Source: Bacteroidota bacterium (GTDB taxonomy: Bacteria > Bacteroidota > Ignavibacteria > UBA10030). Taken from it: a DNA stretch of 62,797 nt. The stretch's first letter is position 1; each line of letters starts with the position of its first letter. The stretch spans positions 1 through 62,797 of the forward strand of contig JAFGLB010000013.1 in the NCBI GenBank assembly GCA_016928255.1. The letters are read 5' to 3'. Below are positions 20,497 to 30,597 of this stretch, in pieces. The notes below the pieces were generated by a model. That model saw only the letters and a list, made by a program, of their open reading frames with translations, did not search any database and had not been told where the DNA came from. The position numbers and the translations under genes were made by a program.

Positions 20497-22962
20497 TTAT
20501 TGCTGATCCGAAAAGAGATATTTCTCTCCGAATTTTGTTTCTATGTCATATAAATAAGTTTTTTCTAGTTTAACCGTTTCCAGTTTTGCTTTGGCAGAGA
20601 TCAGAGGCTTTTTTATTTTTGGTTCCTCGTAAAATGGATTATTATTCTCATCTTTGGCTTGAACGAGCATTTTATTGTTTTCGGTAATTAAAGGTGAGTA
20701 GGAACGTATACGGCAATTCCCTCCCAGTCCTGACATAATTATGAGTTTTGTAACTTTCCCGTTTTTCCATTCCATATTTTCAATTATGAATCCTCCGTGG
20801 GCTCGAAGGCCTGTTATACTTCCATTCTTCCACACATCAGGCAAGGCAGGAAGCACAAAGATCGCCCCGTCGTCGCTTTGCAGAAGCATTTCGGCAATAC
20901 CGGCAGTAAAACCAAAATTCCCATCGATTTGAAACGGAGGGTGAGCATCGAACATGTTCGGATATGTTCCGCCTTTTTCGAATCCTGGTTTATCGACGAG
21001 CTTTATTTGATCCGTTATCAGTTTATATGCATGATTACCGTCGAGAAAATGAGCCCACAAATTGATCTTCCAATTCATCGACCAGCCTGTAGAAGGATCT
21101 CCCCGGAAAATCAGCGACTTTCGCGCAGCACTGAAAAGTTCCGGCGTGCGATGCGAAGAAATCTGGTTCGACGGAAATACTCCATACAAGTGTGAAACAT
21201 GTCTGTGTTTATCTTCCGGATTATCCCAATCTTCAATCCACTCCTGTAGTTGACCATATTGACCGATCTGCATCGGTGGTAATCGTTTCAGGGCATTACT
21301 TATTTGAGAAGTAAAATCTTTATCTATTTTCAGAATTTCTGCTGCTTTCATTGTCTTTGTAAAAAGATCGAAGAGCAGTTGATTATCCATCGTTGTTCCG
21401 GCTGAGATGGATGATTCAGGATGGCAGGACGGAGAATTTTCGGGCGAAACAGACGGACATACTACAAGCCAGTCGTGTCCAGGATATTCTACTAAGAAAC
21501 TTAAATAAAACTCTGTTGCGCTTTTCAGAATGGGATAGACGGACCTAAGGTATTCTTTATCGCCGCTGAATGAATACTTTTCCCAAAGATGCTGGCTGAG
21601 CCATGCGCCGCCCATCGGCCACATTCCCCAGTATGAGCCGTCTACCGGTCCGTTAATCCGCCAGATATCTGTGTTGTGATGCAGTACCCATCCCTTTGCA
21701 CCGTACATTTCTTTTGCAGTTTGCTGGCCTGTCTCGGAAAGCTCTTTTATCATCTGGATTAAAGGTTCATTCATTTCGCTCAGGTTGGTGCTTTCGGAAG
21801 GCCAGTAATTCATTTCCGTATTTATATTGACCGTATATTTACTGTCCCAGGGAGGATAAAGCTGATTGTTCCATAATCCCTGCAGTGTCGCAGGTTGTCC
21901 TCCGGGCTGTGAGCATGAAATGAGAAGGTAACGGCCGAATTGGAAATAGAGTGCTGCTAACTGCGGGTCGTTTCCACCCGCAAATTCAGCAATACGAACG
22001 TCGGTAGGTTTTTTTACGGAATCAGTTACTCCCAGATCAATACTAACACGATTGAAATATCTTTGATATGCAGAAATATTATCATTTAAAGCTTCTTCAT
22101 ATTTTTTTTTCAAAGCATTCTGAAGAAAAGCATCTGCTTTTGCACCGGCATCGGCGCTGATATCGGCATAATTCCTAAAGCTTGAAGCGATAGAGACATA
22201 GATCGTAGCAGCATCGGAGTTTGTTACCGACAGCGAGGTATCGGTTGCACTAATTGAACCGCCTTCGGAAAGGATTTTTACCCGTGTCTGAAATATTACT
22301 TTTCCCTTTATCGAATCACAGTCGCCTGTTACACCGGACATTATGAGTTCACTGCCGCTTTTTGTTGATATATCGACTTTCGAAGGTCTCTCCATTGAAG
22401 CTGAGAAATTGATTGAGCCCAATTTATCCCCGGTGATCCGGACAATAATAACCTGATCCGGGATAGATGCAAATACTTTGTATTGATAATTTATTCCTGC
22501 GGTTTTAAAACGGGTTGTTGTTACGGCCCTGGCTATATCGAGTTCCCTGTAATAATCGGAATATTTTTCATGTCCCGGAAATGACAGGTTAAGCTCTCCG
22601 ACCGTCTGGTAAGGCATTCCATGTGAATTTTTGCCTATCATTTTTTGATTGGCCAAATCCTGAGCTTCTTTATACCTGCCTTTAAAAATCAAGTCCCTGA
22701 CTTTCGGCAGTGCTTCTCTGGCATCAGGATTATCATTTCGATTTGGCTGGCCGGCCCAGACCGTATATTCATTAAGCTGAATTTTTTCCCTGCAAGGATC
22801 TCCATATACCATAGCACCCAAACGGCCGTTTCCAACCGGCAAAGCTTCGACCCATCGTCCGGCAGGATGATCATACCAAAGTTTTAATAAAGTATCATTT
22901 TGAGCAGTTAAGTTTTGTGCGGCCGAAATAATGGCCAGAAAAAGAATCAGTTTTGTTTTCAT
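20497..22962 (-). CDS. Glycoside hydrolase family 95 (alpha-L-fucosidase / alpha-L-galactosidase type)
   Basis: The N-terminal motif is GH95-like (LWYDHPAGRWVEALPVGNGRLGAMVYG...IQLNEYTVWAG). The longest ORF reaches 23007. The ATG at 22962 begins the signal peptide MKTKLILFLAIISA and is the likelier start. Confidence 0.85.
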   Translation of the reverse strand: MKTKLILFLAIISAAQNLTAQNDTLLKLWYDHPAGRWVEALPVGNGRLGAMVYGDPCREKIQLNEYTVWAGQPNRNDNPDAREALPKVRDLIFKGRYKEAQDLANQKMIGKNSHGMPYQTVGELNLSFPGHEKYSDYYRELDIARAVTTTRFKTAGINYQYKVFASIPDQVIIVRITGDKLGSINFSASMERPSKVDISTKSGSELIMSGVTGDCDSIKGKVIFQTRVKILSEGGSISATDTSLSVTNSDAATIYVSIASSFRNYADISADAGAKADAFLQNALKKKYEEALNDNISAYQRYFNRVSIDLGVTDSVKKPTDVRIAEFAGGNDPQLAALYFQFGRYLLISCSQPGGQPATLQGLWNNQLYPPWDSKYTVNINTEMNYWPSESTNLSEMNEPLIQMIKELSETGQQTAKEMYGAKGWVLHHNTDIWRINGPVDGSYWGMWPMGGAWLSQHLWEKYSFSGDKEYLRSVYPILKSATEFYLSFLVEYPGHDWLVVCPSVSPENSPSCHPESSISAGTTMDNQLLFDLFTKTMKAAEILKIDKDFTSQISNALKRLPPMQIGQYGQLQEWIEDWDNPEDKHRHVSHLYGVFPSNQISSHRTPELFSAARKSLIFRGDPSTGWSMNWKINLWAHFLDGNHAYKLITDQIKLVDKPGFEKGGTYPNMFDAHPPFQIDGNFGFTAGIAEMLLQSDDGAIFVLPALPDVWKNGSITGLRAHGGFIIENMEWKNGKVTKLIIMSGLGGNCRIRSYSPLITENNKMLVQAKDENNNPFYEEPKIKKPLISAKAKLETVKLEKTYLYDIETKFGEKYLFSDQQ

Positions 22963-23173
22963 ATTGTTTAAATTGAAGAAGTAATAAAATAATTTAATCA
23001 ATTTCATTGCGGTTGTCCTAAGTGTTTACTCATTTTTAAAACAAGCGTTGTGATGTATTTGTAAGATATTACTTGCTGATGATTAACAATGAAATTGTAA
23101 CGGCTTTCTTTTTCATGATGGACTTGATCTATTGAAATAAGATATTAAACAATTGAAATATCGCCGATTGCAA

Positions 23174-24070
23174 TTAATTATCTTTTTTAATTTTTAAATC
23201 TTTTAACCATTTGAATAAAGGATCCATCCAGCCCGGATGTCTGAATACGAAACCGTGGCCGCCTTTTTGATAAATATGGAGCTCGGCAGGAATACTATAA
23301 TGCCGTAATTTTTCAAAATAAAAAATGCTGTTATCGACATCAACCAGTTTATCATCGCCGGCGTGAGTCAAATACGCGGGCGGGGTATCTTTATCGACTT
23401 GCATTTCATTCGAGAACAGGTCGATTATGTCTTTCGATGGATTCCTGCCCAGCAGCTGTGTTCTTGAATCAGGATGTGTCAAGTTGTCCTGCATGCTTAT
23501 CACAGGGTATACGAGAATTTGAAAATCAGGGCGCAGGTTTGTGTTGTTGTCGTTTTTGATGAGGGATTTTTTGAAATGGGTCGCTGCGGTGGAAGCTAAA
23601 TGACCGCCGGCCGAAAATCCCATAATTCCTATTCTATTTTTATCGATTCCCCATTGTTCTGCATGCTCCCGAACAATTTTTATTGCCTGTTGAGCATCCT
23701 GCAAAGGGCCGATTTTCTTATCCAGCATTGTCGAATCATCAGGTATACGGTATTTTAGCACAAAAGCCGCAATTCCGTTCTTTGCAAACTCTTTAGCAGT
23801 CGTTACACCCTCTCCCTGATAAACAATCACGCTGTAACCTCCGCCGGGACAAATAACTATTGCCGGCCCTGCAGCTTTTCCTTTTTCAGGCAGAAATATT
23901 TCCAGTGTGGGCGTTGTGACGTATCTGATTAAACCGGATGTACTGGTCTCCTTTAAACCTGTTTGTTTTGAATTTGGTACGGCTTCCGGATATAAGTTGA
24001 TGATTTCCTGGGCGTTTAGTTCTAAAGAAATTACCAGGGTTAAAACAAAAAGATTTTTTATAATATTCAT
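23174..24070 (-). CDS. Secreted alpha/beta-hydrolase carbohydrate esterase (acetyl-xylan / feruloyl esterase-like)
   Basis: A signal peptide is present. The oxyanion region is ICPGGGY, the nucleophile elbow is GFSAGGH and the C-terminal motif is GGHGF. The gene sits between GH51 and GH95. Confidence 0.65.
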   Translation of the reverse strand: MNIIKNLFVLTLVISLELNAQEIINLYPEAVPNSKQTGLKETSTSGLIRYVTTPTLEIFLPEKGKAAGPAIVICPGGGYSVIVYQGEGVTTAKEFAKNGIAAFVLKYRIPDDSTMLDKKIGPLQDAQQAIKIVREHAEQWGIDKNRIGIMGFSAGGHLASTAATHFKKSLIKNDNNTNLRPDFQILVYPVISMQDNLTHPDSRTQLLGRNPSKDIIDLFSNEMQVDKDTPPAYLTHAGDDKLVDVDNSIFYFEKLRHYSIPAELHIYQKGGHGFVFRHPGWMDPLFKWLKDLKIKKDN

Positions 24071-24137
24071 AAACAGTCCTTAATAGGTTTCGGTATCCAA
24101 TAAACTCGCTCTCCTAAGAGCGTTAGTGTTTGAGAGC

Positions 24138-25673
24138 TCAATTTTGCTTTTTGGCTCCAGCTTTTATCTGCGTAAATGAATGAGCCGGGAATGAACACAA
24201 TATTTTATTTTCTTTGATTTCAATTTCCTTAACAGCCGGTTTGTATTCTTCCCGCTTGTCGAATTTAAACGGTTCATCCAGTGCATTACAATTGATTAAA
24301 CACGCCTCGGCTTTGCCGCTGAATGAACCCGAATTGCAGATTATTTCCGCCGTAATGTCATTGTCCTTGTGCCGGTTAACGACATTGATGATAACTGTCT
24401 CGGTTTCTTGCGAATGCACTGCTGTAACATCAAGATACGGGATTCCCTTATACTTTTCAGTGCTGAAAGTGTCGCATTCAACGTATGTATCAATTGAATT
24501 GCCCAGGCAGTTGTTTGAGAATAACTTGAAAGTATAAAACAACGGAGATTTGTAAGTACCCTTTTCTCTATCACTCGACAGCAGGGATGTGAGCATGGTA
24601 AAATTCGCCATTTTGACAACATCTGCATGACGTATAAAAGAATTGAGGCACTGTGCTATCGGCAGAACATTCAGAAAATTCATTCCGAAAGATCCCCATT
24701 CATCTACCGAAATATTGATAGGATTTTCAAAATCTTTCATTGCTTTTACGAGTTGAATTTCAGCAGCCGGGATTTTAATCTTTTCTTCAAAGTCCATTGC
24801 ACCCTGTCCCATGTGGGTATAATAATCACGTGAACTCTCCCAGTAGCGATGAATAGATAAATATTCTATCATGTCTCCAAGTCCTGCAAGCACCTCCCGG
24901 TTCCAATCGATCCACTTTCCGGTACTCTCGTAGTATGACGACCCTGAGGCCACAAACTTAATACTATTGTCTACAGATCGCATGGCCTTAGCGGCCTCTC
25001 GGGCGATCTTTACATAATCTTCGGCATTCTTGTAACCAAGCTCCCATGGTGCACCGTCAACTTCATTGCCCAGATCCCATATTTTTATATTGTACGGCTT
25101 TTCGTGTCCATTTTTGGCACGGATATCCGAATAATACGTTCCTTTTTTACAGTTACAGTATTCAACCCAGTAGCAGGCGTCCTGTATTGTAGCGAGGCCG
25201 AGATTTACGCAGACGATGTTCTCGCTTCCAATTGCTTTGTTTAATTCGACCCATTCATCTGTACCTACGTGATTATTGTCAATTCCTCCCCAGGCAAGAT
25301 TTATGCGAACGGGCCGCTGTCTCTTAGGTCCGATTCCGTCCTGCCAGTTATAACCCATAACAAAATTTCCGCCCGGCCAGCGCATGTTTGTTATTTTCAG
25401 CTCTTTCATCGCCTCGATATAGTCTTTTCTGAATCCGGTTTTGTCTGCAAGCGGCGAGGATGGATCATATAAATTTCCGTAGAGTGTATTGAAGCTCACG
25501 GTGTCGGGCAATCCCATTCTTTTTCCGCTAAAATGGATAGGTTCCATAAATACACCGTAGATTTTTGGATCGATCTTTCCAATTATTCTGTCTGTATCGA
25601 TTTTTATTTTTGCTGTCTGAGCATATGAGATAAGAGGCAGGAGTATTACTGCTGCAAGAAATATTTTTTTCAT
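24138..25673 (-). CDS. abfA: GH51 alpha-L-arabinofuranosidase
   Basis: 511 aa. GH51-typical motifs are IDPKIYGVFMEPIHF, NMRWPGGNFVMGYNWQDGIGP, WDLGNEVDG and SVDEWG. Confidence 0.85.
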   Translation of the reverse strand: MKKIFLAAVILLPLISYAQTAKIKIDTDRIIGKIDPKIYGVFMEPIHFSGKRMGLPDTVSFNTLYGNLYDPSSPLADKTGFRKDYIEAMKELKITNMRWPGGNFVMGYNWQDGIGPKRQRPVRINLAWGGIDNNHVGTDEWVELNKAIGSENIVCVNLGLATIQDACYWVEYCNCKKGTYYSDIRAKNGHEKPYNIKIWDLGNEVDGAPWELGYKNAEDYVKIAREAAKAMRSVDNSIKFVASGSSYYESTGKWIDWNREVLAGLGDMIEYLSIHRYWESSRDYYTHMGQGAMDFEEKIKIPAAEIQLVKAMKDFENPINISVDEWGSFGMNFLNVLPIAQCLNSFIRHADVVKMANFTMLTSLLSSDREKGTYKSPLFYTFKLFSNNCLGNSIDTYVECDTFSTEKYKGIPYLDVTAVHSQETETVIINVVNRHKDNDITAEIICNSGSFSGKAEACLINCNALDEPFKFDKREEYKPAVKEIEIKENKILCSFPAHSFTQIKAGAKKQN

Positions 25674-25903
25674 ATATAACCTTTGTATAAAATTTTCAGG
25701 ATGTTTGTTAAATGAAGTACTAACGATTTCGTCATTTAAGCGTTCTTAGGCCGAGACTCTATTGTTTTCGCTCTAATGTTAAATCCAAATAAAGTGAAAA
25801 AATACAAGTGCTTAGTATTTCTAATTCTATGATACATTAGCAGCACTGAGCGAGAAAGATTCTATATTTTAAGGATTAATTTAAATAAATATATGGATCG
25901 TTG

Positions 25904-25948
25904 AATATATAATGGTAACCATTTTTATTCAAAAAGAAGCCAATTAGC
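25904..25948 (-). promoter_or_regulatory. Conserved box, copy 3 (GCTAATTGGCT ... GGTTACC-ATTATATATT on the minus strand), candidate promoter/operator of the GH51 operon
   Basis: The minus strand reads gctaattggct-N24-attatatattcaac. Compare gctaataatggct-N18-attatatattaaac at 5047-5090. It lies just downstream of the second xylR stop and about 230 nt upstream of abfA. Confidence 0.3.
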
Positions 25949-25961
25949 GAAATCAACTATT

Positions 25962-27104
25962 TTAGTGAGGTTTATGGATTTTACGGAATTCACGCAAACC
26001 GATTCCTTTTTCCTTTTTAAAGAAACGGGAAATATGCACGGCATCAGTGAAATTGTAAAGTGAATTGATCTGGGATATGGGCAGGTTAGTCTCGATAAGC
26101 AGCTTTGATATTGATTCAATGCGGACCTGCTGAATTTCGCTGTGTATCGATCTGTGAATAGTCTCTCTGAATCTTTTTTCCAGCGTCCTTCTGCTGACAC
26201 CGGCCGCATCTACGACATCTTTAACCAGTATTTTATTGTTTGCATTATCCTTTATAAATTTTATTGCGAGCCTGACCTCCTTATCGTCCACTGCGAGGAT
26301 ATCTGAGGACTGTCTCTGAACAACGTGGCTTGCTGAAACGACAATTTTTTTCCCGTTCATCTTTTTCCCGGTCGTTATCATCTTATCAAGCAGTCTGGCG
26401 GATTCGTAACCTGCTGATTCAACATTTAATGCAATACTTGACAGGGGCGGATCGCCGAATTCACAGAACATCGGATCGTTATCAACACCCAGTACGGCAA
26501 TATCCTCCGGAACTTTTAAGTTCAATAATTTGCACACTTCCAGTATATGCTGCCCCCGGTCGTCGTTGCAGGCAAATATCCCGATTGGCTTCGGTAAGTC
26601 CTCAATCCATCTGCATACGTGCCTCTGTTCTTTTTCCCAATTATTTGTACTTATTTTATAGGATGAGGCATAATTGTATGTTCTAAGACCGCTTTTACTG
26701 TTGAACCGGTTGAAGCAGGATTTGCGTTCTTCAGACCATACGATACCATGGAAACCGCAATATGCAAGGTTCTTGAATCCTTTCTGTATAAAATGCTCGC
26801 TTGCCATCTTGGCAATGGAAGATGAATCGGTCGTTATCACCGGTATATTCTTTGGGCAACGGGTATAATGGAGAGCGAAGATAGTAGGGACTTTCAATTT
26901 GAGCAGTTCTTTCGTTATCATCGTATCGCGCATTATGATACCATCAGGCTTCCAATTCGTCAGATGAGGGACAGATGATTTTAAATCGGTCGGTTCTTTG
27001 TAAAAACACCAGGGAGTGTTGAGTTTTGAATAACGGAGAATGCCTGTGATCAATTCCCTCCCGAATGAGCGTGATGTTTCAAGGAGTAAAATTATTCTTT
27101 TCAT
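25962..27104 (-). CDS. xylR: XylR-family regulator, paralog of 3872-5014
   Basis: It has the same length (380 aa) as 3872-5014 and is collinear with it. Identity by eye is roughly 70% or more. The C-terminus is identical (FFKKEKGIGLREFRKIHKPH). Confidence 0.75.
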   Translation of the reverse strand: MKRIILLLETSRSFGRELITGILRYSKLNTPWCFYKEPTDLKSSVPHLTNWKPDGIIMRDTMITKELLKLKVPTIFALHYTRCPKNIPVITTDSSSIAKMASEHFIQKGFKNLAYCGFHGIVWSEERKSCFNRFNSKSGLRTYNYASSYKISTNNWEKEQRHVCRWIEDLPKPIGIFACNDDRGQHILEVCKLLNLKVPEDIAVLGVDNDPMFCEFGDPPLSSIALNVESAGYESARLLDKMITTGKKMNGKKIVVSASHVVQRQSSDILAVDDKEVRLAIKFIKDNANNKILVKDVVDAAGVSRRTLEKRFRETIHRSIHSEIQQVRIESISKLLIETNLPISQINSLYNFTDAVHISRFFKKEKGIGLREFRKIHKPH

Positions 27105-27622
27105 AGGCTTTTTTCAGAATAAGTAAAATCAATATCTCTCATAACATCTGCCCAAAAAATCTATTCATAATAAATTAGAGAAAAGAAAATTGCGGTCAAA
27201 GCAGAATAAAAATAGGTAAAAAATGGCATATATTTACAGTTTAAATATTAGATGAAGAGATGTTAGATTCTCTTTACACGACGATTACGAAATCATCCTG
27301 CCGGCGGCACAGAAAAACCTCGTTTCGTAATTCTTTCATTTTCTGCGACACTTAATGCTTCGTATCCATATAATTCTCAAATATCGCCGTTTTTTGTATT
27401 ATTGTTAAAAAAAACGTCCGGAATCATGTTTCAGGACGATTTTGGTGCCTGATTCTATTTAATTGTAAACAAAAAAAAGCTGCCGGTTTACCCGACTTCC
27501 AATATTGTTGTTGAACCTCCAACAATTTAAAAAAATGCCGATAGTTGTTGGGATGAAGTTGGTCAGGCCGGCGGTTTTAATGAGTAACTGATTGACCCGG
27601 CAATTGGTTTAAATTAAAAAAT

Positions 27623-27901
27623 ATGAAAGCAGGTTTGATAAAGACGAAAATTTTATATGCATCGGAGAAGGATGACGGATTTGGTAAAATAGAAGTATAT
27701 ATCGATCTGGAAGAAAAAGGGAAATGGATACTCGACGAAGAAAAGGATTCCGACTCTGAATTGCCGGAAGGTCTTCCTAAAATATCACAGGAAGGAAAAT
27801 TTTTGTTTTACAGTCCCAAAAGAAACGGCAAAGGAAGTATTTGCACAATTGATGTACATTCCATAGTAAAATCAATAAAAAGTAATCTGAATATCGTGTA
27901 A
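27623..27901 (+). CDS. Hypothetical small acidic protein
   Basis: This 92-aa ORF sits in an otherwise empty 1.1-kb spacer. There is no recognisable motif and no clear SD. Confidence 0.25.
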   Translation: MKAGLIKTKILYASEKDDGFGKIEVYIDLEEKGKWILDEEKDSDSELPEGLPKISQEGKFLFYSPKRNGKGSICTIDVHSIVKSIKSNLNIV

Positions 27902-28238
27902 TATTATTTGCTGGACAGTAGATAAAAGGTAATACTGACGAATACCATTTGTCACTGTTCAGCCGGTTATGTGAAGGAAATGTTCTTGAGTGCAACAGGA
28001 AGAATTACGGAGGTTGAAATCCTTGAGACAGTCAAATGGGGCGGCAAAAAATGCAGTTTTAAAGTAACTGTTACCTGATTTTTTAAAGTGACTAAAAGGC
28101 TGATGTTGTTTCTATAATAAACCTGCAGCCGGGAATAAGCCGGCTTGATCTTGTATATTTATTTTTTGTAAAGAATCCAGTATAAAAGTCCGCCTAACAG
28201 CAGGTTTACCGGATTTTTTTTGTATCGTTTTACTGCTT

Positions 28239-30293
28239 TCATAGTTTTCGTTTTTCGTTTGCAAATACACGGACCGGAAGTACCATACAATTCATAGCTG
28301 CAAATTGAAGCCGCCGCTGAATAGCATAAGCTGTTTCATTGTGTAGAATTTTCTGGTACCACTTTTCACGTTCGAAAACAAGTTTTCCGGCAAAGAAAAT
28401 GGAACGGGGGCATTCCTTTATTATTTGTGCTGAAAGTTTTTCCATTTCTTCAATAACATCAGTGCCTTCAGCAATACGATAAAATGAGCCAAAGCCAAGC
28501 TGGTTTGCAAGGGTAGTATATTTTATCAAATGTTTTTTTTGGTCCTCTCTGAGTTCGTCAAGTTCATTCTTGCCTTTTAATGTGCTGGCATCGACATTAA
28601 CGACAGAGATGAATAAAATGTTTTTAAATTGATTCGGAAAAAGCCGCAAAACAGATAAAAGTGTATGGATACCGAATCCGTTATATTCTTTTACCATAAG
28701 TACTGCAGTATGCTGCTGCGGGTCGAACGTTACTGTTCTTTGACTATCCAAACCGGGGATATCTGCAAGGATATCATCCAGACGTTTGAGCTGGTTATTG
28801 ACTTTATTATAGTGGCGTTTTACTCTCCAGCATAATGAAATCAATGCAACAGTTATTACCAGAGTCACCCATCCGCCTATGGTGAATTTTTCATAAATAT
28901 TGACGATAAGAATAGAAAGACACAAGACCAGCCCTATCAGATGAATGATGATATGTTTTGACCAGTCTGGAAAGTCTGTCCGGTGTTTGATCCAGTAGCG
29001 CACCATACCCATCTGCGATAATGAAAAGGTTAGAAAAACATTTATAGAGTACATCAATACCAACGTTGTGGTATCCCCGCGTGTAAAAACTAAAATTCCA
29101 ATTGCTGCAGTAGCTATAATTATAACGCCATTCTGCATTGTCAGCCGTTCAGAAAGAGTCGCAAACCGTCTGGGCAGCCAGGAATCGACAGCCATATTTG
29201 CCATTACGCGCGGTCCATCGATGAAGCCTGCCTGTGCCGCCACAAAAAGAAGAGCTGCCTCCGAACCAAGTGTTATGACTACAAATAGCCAGCCGGCAGG
29301 AATTCCGTCGATAATCCAGCCGCCGGCGAAATTGTTGAGCAGTACTGCATTCATGGTTTTTCCGGGTACGGGAGTTACGTTATAAAGTAAATAGCATATC
29401 ATAATGCCTGCGGCCGTAATGGACAGGGAAACTGCCATATAAAGCATGGTCTTTTTTGCGGTTTCTATTTTTGGCTCGCGCATAATCTGTACACCGTTTG
29501 AGACTGCTTCGATTCCTGTGTAAGTTCCCGCCCCCATGGAATATGCCCGGGCAAATATCCCAAGCATCCCGACTAAACCAAGTGCGGCTAATCCATTCGA
29601 GAATCCGTTTTTCATTTCACCGGCAACCCGTCCAGCTTCCGTAATATGTGAGCCTATTCCGCCAAATATTAAAATGACATGTGTTACTAAAAAAACAAGA
29701 AATATGGGCAGCAAAACTGTTACCGATTCTTTGACGCCGCGCAGATTTAATATCATCAGCAGGAAGATAACTGCTGCTACAATAACCATTTTATATTGAT
29801 GCCAATGAGGAGGAAGCACACTGAAGACCTGATCTGCGCCGCTGGCGATTGATACGGAAATTGTAAGGACATAATCCACCAATAAAGCTGAACCTGAAAT
29901 TACGCCGAATTGGGGGCTCAACAGACGGCTCGCTACAACATACCCGCCGCCTCCAGATGGGAAATGTTCTATAATTCTCGAATAAGAATATGAGATTATA
30001 AAAACAGTAAACGCGGTCGCTAATGCCAGCATAACCGCAAGATAGGTGTGGTGTTCCAAAGCACGAAAAGATTCATCCGGACCGTAGGCTGATGAAGATA
30101 ATCCGTCAGCACCCAATCCGACCCATGCCAGGAAAGCAATAAGTGAAATCCTATGAAATACTCCCGGATCTTTTATACTTCGAGGAGCGCCTAGAATAGC
30201 GTGTTTAATTTTCTCGGTAAAGCGTTTTTCTGAATTTTCTCCGATCAGTGATGGGTCACCTTCTGATGATGAATTATTACTATTGGATTCCAT
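28239..30293 (-). CDS. APC-superfamily permease with a roughly 190-aa cytoplasmic C-terminal domain (possible KimA-like K+ importer)
   Basis: 684 aa with about 12 TM segments. The conserved N-terminal motif is GLGADGLSSSAYGPDE. A soluble tail follows residue 490. The gene is divergent from the kdp operon. Confidence 0.6.
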   Translation of the reverse strand: MESNSNNSSSEGDPSLIGENSEKRFTEKIKHAILGAPRSIKDPGVFHRISLIAFLAWVGLGADGLSSSAYGPDESFRALEHHTYLAVMLALATAFTVFIISYSYSRIIEHFPSGGGGYVVASRLLSPQFGVISGSALLVDYVLTISVSIASGADQVFSVLPPHWHQYKMVIVAAVIFLLMILNLRGVKESVTVLLPIFLVFLVTHVILIFGGIGSHITEAGRVAGEMKNGFSNGLAALGLVGMLGIFARAYSMGAGTYTGIEAVSNGVQIMREPKIETAKKTMLYMAVSLSITAAGIMICYLLYNVTPVPGKTMNAVLLNNFAGGWIIDGIPAGWLFVVITLGSEAALLFVAAQAGFIDGPRVMANMAVDSWLPRRFATLSERLTMQNGVIIIATAAIGILVFTRGDTTTLVLMYSINVFLTFSLSQMGMVRYWIKHRTDFPDWSKHIIIHLIGLVLCLSILIVNIYEKFTIGGWVTLVITVALISLCWRVKRHYNKVNNQLKRLDDILADIPGLDSQRTVTFDPQQHTAVLMVKEYNGFGIHTLLSVLRLFPNQFKNILFISVVNVDASTLKGKNELDELREDQKKHLIKYTTLANQLGFGSFYRIAEGTDVIEEMEKLSAQIIKECPRSIFFAGKLVFEREKWYQKILHNETAYAIQRRLQFAAMNCMVLPVRVFANEKRKL

Positions 30294-30436
30294 TTGTTTT
30301 CCGGTTAGTTGAACATAGAAACTCTATTATAAAAGTACTAAGTATTCTGGCGAAGGAATAGAATTTATCTCGCAAAATATCAAGGATAATCCTAAAGAAT
30401 TCCTTTTTTGCGTGAAATAAGGCAGGTGTTAAAATT

Positions 30437-30464
30437 TTTATATTTTCTTTATATGTATTTTCGA
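30437..30464 (+). promoter_or_regulatory. Candidate KdpE operator: TTTATA-N5-TTTATA-N5-TTTCGA direct repeats
   Basis: Hexamers lie at 30437, 30448 and 30459 in 11-bp phasing. This has the same form as the E. coli KdpE site (TTTATA-N5-TTTACA). Two further TTTATA copies lie at 30484 and 30505. The site is about 150 nt upstream of kdpC. Confidence 0.35.
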
Positions 30465-30597
30465 TCGTTTCTATAAAAAAGTTTTTATAAATCTGTCCTT
30501 TTTCTTTATATCCGCTTCATTGTGCCTTCCCTTTAGTTTCATCAATTTAATGCTATCATTTTAAAAGAATATAAGAATAGCAGGAAATTAATTTAAG

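Noticed and set aside
25925-26209. 94-aa minus-strand ORF overlapping the 3' end of the second xylR
   Set aside because: It is an alternative frame of a well-supported XylR paralog. It also extends into the conserved promoter-like box.
27960-28076. Short frame encoding ...GRITEVEILETVKWGGKKCSFKVTVT*, possibly a gene remnant
   Set aside because: It is only about 35 codons with a GTG start, no SD and no recognisable family. I cannot separate it from chance.
30294-30597. Looked for a c-di-AMP (ydaO/kimA-type) riboswitch or other structured leader upstream of the APC permease and of kdpC
   Set aside because: The spacer is AT-rich. It has no GC-rich helices and none of the conserved ACGGGG/CCCG-type elements I would expect. 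Only the TTTATA repeats stand out.
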